Assembly (NCBI GenBank): GCA_043806035.1
Contig: JAZDHK010000037.1
Location: forward strand, 1-23,681
Origin: an archaeon
GTDB taxonomy: Archaea > Nanobdellota > Nanobdellia > Woesearchaeales > UBA9642
Length of the DNA stretch: 23,681 nt
Direction of reading: 5' to 3'
The notes beneath the pieces were generated by a model. The model made no database searches. It was not told the DNA's origin and saw only the letters and a list, made by a program, of their open reading frames with translations. Made by a program: the position numbers and the translations under genes. Positions 17,655 to 23,681 of the stretch are shown piece by piece; positions within the stretch are counted from its first letter, which is position 1; each line of letters begins with the position of its first letter.

Positions 17655-17729
17655 AAAAAAATTCTTTTTTTCGACTCACCTCTTTTCCCGGGAAGGTTCC
17701 CTCTTCGGAGGGAATCTTTCGGGGTTTTT
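17655..17729 (+). ncRNA. Putative small RNA antisense to the 3' end of the S16 protease gene
   Basis: Follows a plus-strand BRE/TATA. Contains TCACCTC (anti-SD-like) and a 17-bp stem with a C(UUCG)G loop (17686..17724). Its G-U pairs form only on this strand. Followed by U5. Confidence 0.5.
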
Positions 17730-19370
17730 ACGCAGGAGAAGTAGGACTATGCAGACAAGCAATGCGCCAACGAGCATGCCCTCGACAAAGACAAGGAAGG
17801 TGTCTTTATTAAAGTGCTGAGAAGGTTGTTTGGGAAAATACGAGTCGAGATTGCTTAATTCCAGCGCATAGTTGGCATAGAGCAAGGCACTCCAGGGGTC
17901 GTCATACTGCAATGATTTTGCGTATTCCGCATAGCTGTAACCGAGGACGGGGAATGTGCTTGTGGCCTGTTCTCGTGCTATCACGTTGTCTGCAAGAGAG
18001 AGTGTCTCTTGCAATAGGGTTCGCGTGTCATTCTGGTTCATGAATAGGTTGGTGATGAGTAATTCCGTTTCTGCCTTTGTTTTGCTTGCTTGAAAGATGC
18101 ATAGGGCATAATCGTTCTTAGCGTACTGCCTTCTTGCTTCGTCTAGGGTGTTTTGCTGGAAGGAGGGAAAATAGAATGCTGCATACTGCATACGTTCTTC
18201 TGCTTCCGCGAGCTTTTTTATGCATGCCTGGCGTAAGTACGGCTCATTAAGTTCGTATGAGGTCTTGCCGGTCGTGAAGAATGCAGACCATTGCTGTGCA
18301 CTAAAGAAGCGTTCCTGTGCTCTTGCCAGCCGTGCCGCGTCCTTGAGCGGAAAGCGTTGTTTTGCTTCAAGATAGTCTTCTGTCTCCAAGAGGCGTTCTT
18401 TGACGATGATGTACGCCTGCAAATCGCTGATGGTGTGTATGGATGCCGTGCTTATGTTCATCGTGAATGCCTGAACTGTCGCAGTAAGATTGTTACGTAT
18501 GTCCTCGAGCGTGCCTGCAGGGAGTTGCGCATACTCTTCTTCTCTCGCCTTCTGATTGGCGCCGAAGCAATAGCTTGCCGCACTATAGTATTTGCTTTCT
18601 TCCCAGGCGTGCAGTCCCTTGAGGTAGAGTTCTTGAGCGTCACTCATCTTGAACAGGGTCTGGCCGAGATAATGTGAAAGTAGCATGGATGAGGATATGT
18701 TGCCAAGGTCTGATGCTCTGGCACACAGCTGTCCTGCGATGGCACGCATGACTTTCGTGTATGTTTGGGGAACGTGCAACGGTTCTGGTTCGGGAAATAC
18801 ATATCCTGTTGCGATATGGACTGCTTCCTGCAGGGTGCTGATGTTGCGAATGCCGGTGCAGTTGCAATCGGCGCTCCATCGGGGGATGAGCACTTCACTG
18901 AATCCTGAAGCGTGCGCTGCCGCAACTTTTTCAGGAATGCCCGCGACAGGGCCTACCAATCCTCCTGAGTTTATTGTTCCTGTCATGACCATGCTCCTGT
19001 TCAGCTCAAGATGCTTGAGCACAGCAATTGTGAGTAGTGCCGTGGCAGCTCCTGCGCTCGGGCCTCCGACGATGGGAGAGTTTGCCCGTATCGTGTAGAA
19101 GAAGTCATAGGCAGTGCAGTCCTCTTGGATAATGTCGCAGGCGACCTGGTTTGCGAATCGTGTGCTGATCTGCGTGTCCAGTTTGGTGAGGGGGTAGCTG
19201 TCGATGAATATCGTTCCTGTTCCTGGCTTGATGTCAAGATAGAGCTCCGCCGTCCCACCCATAAGACCTCCATCTTTCGTATCCGCAACGGTCAGAAGGG
19301 TGATGTTTCCTGACTGAGCGAGGACAAGGGGCAGAAGGAGTATGCTAAGCAAAAGCAGTGCGTGTTTCAT
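17676..19370 (-). CDS. Archaeal S16 (Lon C-terminal-like) serine protease, secreted and membrane-anchored
   Basis: Signal peptide, GGPSAG catalytic Ser, MTGTINSGGLVGPVAGIPEK catalytic Lys, helical region, C-terminal TM helix. Confidence 0.9.
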   Translation of the reverse strand: MKHALLLLSILLLPLVLAQSGNITLLTVADTKDGGLMGGTAELYLDIKPGTGTIFIDSYPLTKLDTQISTRFANQVACDIIQEDCTAYDFFYTIRANSPIVGGPSAGAATALLTIAVLKHLELNRSMVMTGTINSGGLVGPVAGIPEKVAAAHASGFSEVLIPRWSADCNCTGIRNISTLQEAVHIATGYVFPEPEPLHVPQTYTKVMRAIAGQLCARASDLGNISSSMLLSHYLGQTLFKMSDAQELYLKGLHAWEESKYYSAASYCFGANQKAREEEYAQLPAGTLEDIRNNLTATVQAFTMNISTASIHTISDLQAYIIVKERLLETEDYLEAKQRFPLKDAARLARAQERFFSAQQWSAFFTTGKTSYELNEPYLRQACIKKLAEAEERMQYAAFYFPSFQQNTLDEARRQYAKNDYALCIFQASKTKAETELLITNLFMNQNDTRTLLQETLSLADNVIAREQATSTFPVLGYSYAEYAKSLQYDDPWSALLYANYALELSNLDSYFPKQPSQHFNKDTFLVFVEGMLVGALLVCIVLLLLRKNPERFPPKREPSREKR

Positions 19371-19954
19371 GTCTTCTCCTTGTTGCGCCCGCGTGCCTCG
19401 ACCTGGACAAAGCGTTCGAGAACGGGCTCCCAGCCGGGCAGCTGCTTATATCCGTTGAGGAAGAGGGAGAATGCGCTCTCCCAGACGGTGGTGTGTTTGC
19501 TTTCAAGTGCTTGCCTGAAGAGGTGGAGGTCTACTGCCTTGTCCTCTGTCTTGTGGCTGAGGCTGCTCAGCCCGAAATCAATAAATGTCAGGGTGTCTGT
19601 CTCTGCGTCATAGAGCATGTTGCTGGTAGTGAGATCTCCGTGGATGATGCCTTTGCTGTGCAGTTGGGCAAGGTATGTGCCTGCTCTCCTGGCTAGGGTG
19701 AGATGCTGTTCTAGGACGTCCCTGAGTTTTTTTCCGGGCACTTTCGTCATGATGAGCTTTGTCTGCTCTGTCCTGATGAGTTTAGGCCCGGGTATGGGCA
19801 GTCTTTCTAGGATGGTTGCCTCTCGTTTGGTACGGGTCTTTCTCAGCGGCACATCAATATCAGGTATACGGTAGCTTTTGCTGATCCTGTCCTTGATGAT
19901 CTGCCCCTGTTCTTCGTAGATGAGCGCTTCGGCACCCCCGTCGATCTCCTTCAT
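19367..19954 (-). CDS. bud32: KEOPS complex kinase Bud32
   Basis: GAEA, KSYR..D..LRK.RT..EA, IHGDLTTSN, IDFGL, EDKAVDL, VEARGR. ATGA overlap with the S16 gene. Confidence 0.93.
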   Translation of the reverse strand: MKEIDGGAEALIYEEQGQIIKDRISKSYRIPDIDVPLRKTRTKREATILERLPIPGPKLIRTEQTKLIMTKVPGKKLRDVLEQHLTLARRAGTYLAQLHSKGIIHGDLTTSNMLYDAETDTLTFIDFGLSSLSHKTEDKAVDLHLFRQALESKHTTVWESAFSLFLNGYKQLPGWEPVLERFVQVEARGRNKEKT

Positions 19955-20057
19955 GAGAAAAAGGAAGCATGAGCTCTATATAAATTTTGAGGAGGAGACC
20001 GTCAGTAAGCAAGAGCAGCATGTAGCCTAAAAGAAGTTCAAAAGAGGAGGAAAAAAA

Positions 20058-20207
20058 TTACCAGTCTTGGCCGGCAAACAGCTCGTCCATCTCCCATTTA
20101 GAAAGTTTCTTTTTGTTCAGGGCGGACATCACGGGCCGTTTGTTTTTTGCGCCGGTGACTTCATCAAATTCGTATTCTATATCTTCATCTATTAATTCTC
20201 TTTTCAT
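20058..20207 (-). CDS. 49-aa small protein (not in the ORF track)
   Basis: MKRELIDEDIEYEFDEVTGAKNKRPVMSALNKKKLSKWEMDELFAGQDW. ATGA overlap with the upstream micro-ORF. Followed by a T7 tract (archaeal terminator-like). Confidence 0.6.
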   Translation of the reverse strand: MKRELIDEDIEYEFDEVTGAKNKRPVMSALNKKKLSKWEMDELFAGQDW

Positions 20208-20290
20208 GCACTCACATCATACGCATCAGCTTGGTATCTCTTTTGTTCTTTCCTGCTGATGTTGGTTTTCTCGAGCATTTCTTCGAGCAT
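20204..20290 (-). CDS. 28-aa micro-ORF (not in the ORF track)
   Basis: MLEEMLEKTNISRKEQKRYQADAYDVSA. SD AGGTG upstream. Stop overlaps the next start. Confidence 0.45.
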   Translation of the reverse strand: MLEEMLEKTNISRKEQKRYQADAYDVSA

Positions 20291-20301
20291 ATTGCACCTG
20301 C

Positions 20302-20360
20302 GCAATGAGGGGGGAAGGAACCGAAGGGGTGGTAGTCGAGAAGCCTTCCTCCTCAATTGC
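20302..20360 (-). other. Structured 5' leader hairpin with a C-rich loop
   Basis: GCAA-t-TGAGG-a-GGAAGG pairs with CCTTCC-cc-CCTCA-TTGC around the loop CTTCTCGACTACCACCCCTTCGGTT. Begins at the predicted TSS. Confidence 0.45.
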
Positions 20361-20421
20361 TACTCTAAAGTAGTGTTAAGTAGTATTTAAATGTTTCGAT
20401 TCTAAATCACTTTAAAGTGGT
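20359..20421 (-). promoter_or_regulatory. Promoter CGAAACA-TTTAAATA bracketed by two related palindromes
   Basis: On the plus strand: GCTACT-ctaa-AGTAGT at 20359..20374 and ATCACT-ttaa-AGTGGT at 20406..20421. Minus-strand TATA at 20384..20391, BRE at 20392..20398. Confidence 0.65.
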
Positions 20422-20452
20422 AAAAAATATGTGCAGGGTGGCTGTTGTCCAA

Positions 20453-20746
20453 TTATCGAGAATAAACGAATCTTGAGAATTTCTTACAGGAAAAACAGCT
20501 CATCACCAGCTTCCCCGCACGCAGCCGTATCCTTCCATTGACTCCCGAGCGTATGTAGGAATTGCAGTGCTTGCAGAATTTCCTCTTTTGAGCGCTCGTC
20601 AGGCGAATCTTATGTTTCATGGCAATTTTTCTCGCTAAATATACGTAGCGGTTGGCAAGAGCGGGCTCTTTGGAAAAGACCGCATCTGCCAGCACAAAAA
20701 GCCGGGTAATATCCTCTGATGCTGCTTTCGGAGATTGCTTCTTCAT
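20453..20746 (-). CDS. rnp4: Ribonuclease P protein component 4 (Rpp21)
   Basis: I..LF..A, LANRYVYLARKIAMK, KRKFCKHC and SCFSC zinc ligands. Start probably ATG 20746. Confidence 0.93.
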   Translation of the reverse strand: MKKQSPKAASEDITRLFVLADAVFSKEPALANRYVYLARKIAMKHKIRLTSAQKRKFCKHCNSYIRSGVNGRIRLRAGKLVMSCFSCKKFSRFVYSR

Positions 20747-20840
20747 GCGCAAACCACGCACACCAGCATTTATATAGTTTCACAAAAACCATTTAAACCA
20801 GTTCGGTTTTTACTTTTTTAAAGTGAAGAAAAGGTGAACA

Positions 20841-22103
20841 ATGGGCTTTTTTGATTGGTTCAAGAAGAAGCAGGAAGAACCTGTACGACTCATACGGTTT
20901 GCTCGGCTTGATGAATATGTGGAGAAGACATTAACGGGAAAGCATGCACATCTACTGCACGGGATAGAGGAAAGCAAGGATCGCATTCAAGAGATCGTCA
21001 ACCAGCTCGAAGGACTCATCCATCACCTAAACAAGGAAACGCTGCGCAACCAACGCATTCCGCTCAAGCACATCTCTATCATGGAGGGCAACCGCATCAA
21101 CTACGTGAAGCACTACACGGCGTTCATTGAAAAACTGACTATCAGCGAGGACAGCTTCGCCATCCCGGATGATTGCAGCAGGTTCTCTGCGGATGTGCAA
21201 AAACTCGTCGAGGTAACATCAAAAAACCAGCTCGTCCTGAGAGAATTCTTCGATGGCACTCTGCAGAAGATCAACAGGAAGATGGTAGAACTCATGCAAG
21301 AGTTCAAGCAGATCGAGACGCTCACCACGAGCAGTCCCTTCACACTGATACGCGAGATACGGCAGCTGCAAGAAGACTATGCACTCAAGAAAAAACGAGA
21401 GGCGATCATCGAAGAGGAAAAAACGCAGCTCACGACACAGCTTGCACAGTATGAGGACAAGGAACAGAAGCTCGTCCAGCAAATCGAAGAGATTCAGACG
21501 GGCAAGGAATACCAACTCCACCTTTCCCTTAAGGAAGAGCTGCAGCACGTGGCTGCAGAGCACAAGAAAGAAACAGAGGAACTCCTGCAACTGTTCAGCA
21601 CCATTCAGAAAGCGCTCATCAAGTACAAGCGCACCAGCGACAAGGAACGCATAATAGATGACTACCTCACTGACGTGCTGGCCAGCCTTGCCAAGGATGA
21701 TCAAGGAGAGATGGCACGCATACTCCAAGAGGTCAAACGACAAGTAGAACTAAATGCAATCACCTTAGATGAGAAGCGGAAAGAGAAGACGATCGATGCT
21801 ATCAAGCAACTCAACCCGACGTACTTACGGGTGATGCGAGAGAAAGTACGAGAACAGGAACAGACGCTCATGGACATACAGGCAAAGCTGAAGCGCGACA
21901 CGGCAACGCTGACGATCGAGCAGTACAAGAATTATTTGCAGCAAAACATCCTGCGGGCGCAGGTCATCAAGAACCAGCTACGCGACCTTAATGATGAACT
22001 TGACAAAACATCCGTGAAGGACATCTTCGACCAACTAAGCATGAAAGCTACTGCGCTAAGCGGGTACAAGACAAAAATTGTTCTGGAAGAGCTATCTATT
22101 TAA
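20841..22103 (+). CDS. Hypothetical coiled-coil protein
   Basis: SD AGGTGA, MGFFDWFKKK N-terminus, long E/K/Q/L heptad-rich helices. Confidence 0.8.
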   Translation: MGFFDWFKKKQEEPVRLIRFARLDEYVEKTLTGKHAHLLHGIEESKDRIQEIVNQLEGLIHHLNKETLRNQRIPLKHISIMEGNRINYVKHYTAFIEKLTISEDSFAIPDDCSRFSADVQKLVEVTSKNQLVLREFFDGTLQKINRKMVELMQEFKQIETLTTSSPFTLIREIRQLQEDYALKKKREAIIEEEKTQLTTQLAQYEDKEQKLVQQIEEIQTGKEYQLHLSLKEELQHVAAEHKKETEELLQLFSTIQKALIKYKRTSDKERIIDDYLTDVLASLAKDDQGEMARILQEVKRQVELNAITLDEKRKEKTIDAIKQLNPTYLRVMREKVREQEQTLMDIQAKLKRDTATLTIEQYKNYLQQNILRAQVIKNQLRDLNDELDKTSVKDIFDQLSMKATALSGYKTKIVLEELSI

Positions 22104-22126
22104 ACACTACCGTACCGTGTGCACAC

Positions 22127-22558
22127 ATGTCGTTTGAAACATTTGTCAAGCACTTCACGCAGGAGCACATTCCTGCAGTGCGCATTGGCAAGAGATACTA
22201 CCAACTGCCTGCAAAGCTGGCAGAGGTGCAAAAAAAAATCAGCAGGGACCTCTTCTGCGGCGGCATCCCTCTCGGAGAGGAAAAAAGAGAATTCATGCCT
22301 AGCATCGCCTTGCTCGAAATGATTGCCATGCATTCTGATAAAAAGGCAGTCATCAACAAGAAATCAGCATGGCTGTTCCTGTGCGGCAGGGATGTCTTTG
22401 CAGGCGGCATCATCTCCCTTGCCGTGCAGAGCGGTCCGGTGCTGGTGCAGAATGAGCTGGACGAGAATCTCGGGCTGGGTATGGTGGAGAGGAAAGGCAA
22501 GACACTCATCATCAAAAATGTGCTGGATAGGGGTAATTTTTTGAGAAGGGAGCGTTAG
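22127..22558 (+). CDS. Nip7-like PUA-domain ribosome biogenesis protein
   Basis: GIPLGE..FMPS, SAWLFLCGRDVF, VLVQNE.DE.LG.G and KNVLDRGNFLRRE resemble archaeal Nip7. Confidence 0.75.
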   Translation: MSFETFVKHFTQEHIPAVRIGKRYYQLPAKLAEVQKKISRDLFCGGIPLGEEKREFMPSIALLEMIAMHSDKKAVINKKSAWLFLCGRDVFAGGIISLAVQSGPVLVQNELDENLGLGMVERKGKTLIIKNVLDRGNFLRRER

Positions 22559-23681
22559 TGTTTCCCAAAAAATTCTATCTCGTTCTCATCTAATGTTTTG
22601 ATGGCAGGCAGCGTCCCTTTTTCGATGAGCTCGAGTGATGCTCCTCCTGCCGTGGAGATGTGCGTGAATGGTAGGGATTGGTCTATGGCCGCGATAGTGT
22701 CTCCCCCTCCAACAACAGTCCTTGCTTTGAGGGCGCTGATGAAGACGGCAAGCTCGTTCGTCGACTGGGCAAAAACATGGTTCTCGAAATAGCCCAAAGG
22801 ACCGTTCCAGAACACCTGCCTTGCGTTTTTGAGATAGCTCTTGAAAAGAGCTATGGATTTCGGCCCAATATCCAATCCTATCATGTCTGCAGGGATGTGT
22901 TTTGCATCGACGACCTCTCCACGAGGCGCATCTTTGTCCCTGGCGACCACAACGTCAACAGGGAGGATGAGCTTGTCGTTGTGCTGCATCATCTGCGCGG
23001 CAGTGACTTGTTCTTTCTCATAGAGGCTCTTACCTATCTCCCAGCCCTTGGCTTTGTAGAACGTGAACATCATCGCCCCTCCGATGAGCAAGTAATCGAC
23101 GTTCTGCAGGAGCGTATTAAGAACACCAAACTTCGTGCTGATCTTACTGCCCCCCACGACGGCGACGAGGGGACGTTCCTCGCCAAAAGAAAGGTTGCAC
23201 ACTTCCTTCTGGAAGAGCATGCCTGCACAACAGGGCAAGTATTTCATGATGGCATGCATGCTGGCATGCTTCCTGTGCGCATTGGAGAATGCCTCGCAAA
23301 CGTAAATCTGTCCGTGCTTAGCGAGCTCTTGCGCGAACATGTCGTCGTCCTGTTCCTCCTCAGGGTAGAAACGGACGTTCTCCAGAAAGATGATCTTGTC
23401 TTGGGGCAAGTCTCCCGTACAGAAGTCCACTTTCCTGACTGACTGTCCAATCAGAATGATAAGGCGCTCAGCGAGGACGTTCGTTCTGAAGATACTGTCC
23501 TCAGGTCCTTTTGGCCTACCGAAGTGCGTCATGATAACCAATTGTGAGCAGTCCTTGAGCACGTGCTGGATTGTAGGCAGGGTTTCTCTAATCCTCGTGT
23601 CATCAGTAATCATGCCTTTCTCGTCGATAGGCACGTTGAAGTCAACGCGCATGAGCACGCGCTTGTTCATAAGGTCGACGT
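22555..23681 (-). CDS. pgk: Phosphoglycerate kinase (5' end probably just beyond the window)
   Basis: KRVLMRVDFNVP, DDTRI, THFGRP, LENVRF, LDIGP, FWNGPLG, VGGGDT, STAGGASLE. Frame is open to the window edge. Confidence 0.96.
   Translation of the reverse strand, partial: VDLMNKRVLMRVDFNVPIDEKGMITDDTRIRETLPTIQHVLKDCSQLVIMTHFGRPKGPEDSIFRTNVLAERLIILIGQSVRKVDFCTGDLPQDKIIFLENVRFYPEEEQDDDMFAQELAKHGQIYVCEAFSNAHRKHASMHAIMKYLPCCAGMLFQKEVCNLSFGEERPLVAVVGGSKISTKFGVLNTLLQNVDYLLIGGAMMFTFYKAKGWEIGKSLYEKEQVTAAQMMQHNDKLILPVDVVVARDKDAPRGEVVDAKHIPADMIGLDIGPKSIALFKSYLKNARQVFWNGPLGYFENHVFAQSTNELAVFISALKARTVVGGGDTIAAIDQSLPFTHISTAGGASLELIEKGTLPAIKTLDENEIEFFGKH

Noticed and set aside
17566-17679. 38-codon N-terminal extension of the 17143 ORF from a GTGA overlap with the S16 stop
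   Set aside because: It crosses AT-rich operator and promoter DNA and gives atypical composition. ATG 17565 is more plausible, though the extension is not excluded.
1-23681. CRISPR array or cas genes
   Set aside because: I saw no regularly spaced direct repeats and no Cas motifs.

Overview
Archaeal chromosome segment, most likely from a DPANN archaeon (Woesearchaeota-like; inferred from Rpp21, Bud32, a Nip7-like protein, an intron-containing tRNA, BRE/TATA promoters and a tandem-domain Lrp). Housekeeping content: tRNA-Cys, tRNA-Arg(UCU) with a 13-nt intron, valS, an S16/Lon-like protease, bud32, rnp4, Nip7-like and pgk. Accessory content: a SAM methyltransferase, a frameshifted HExxH peptidase, a B12-binding radical SAM protein, an SDR, an AbrB-PhoU regulator, a GH17-like lipoprotein and a PLD-like protein. 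Two candidate undescribed systems stand out. (1) At 976-8251, two paralogous ~480-aa proteins end in a Janus/Ocnus (PHPT1 phosphohistidine phosphatase)-like domain. Each is divergent from its own regulator, and one is in an operon with a TGxxP-repeat solenoid protein. (2) Two promoters at ~17.6 kb and ~20.4 kb share the core CGAAA-NN-TTTAAATA bracketed by the same 16-bp palindrome. One drives a putative antisense sRNA carrying an anti-Shine-Dalgarno stretch and a UUCG hairpin. The other drives a hairpin leader plus two micro-ORFs missed by the ORF track. The two RNAs share a TCGACT..CACCyCTT..GGTTCC motif. All calls are by eye; no database searches were run.
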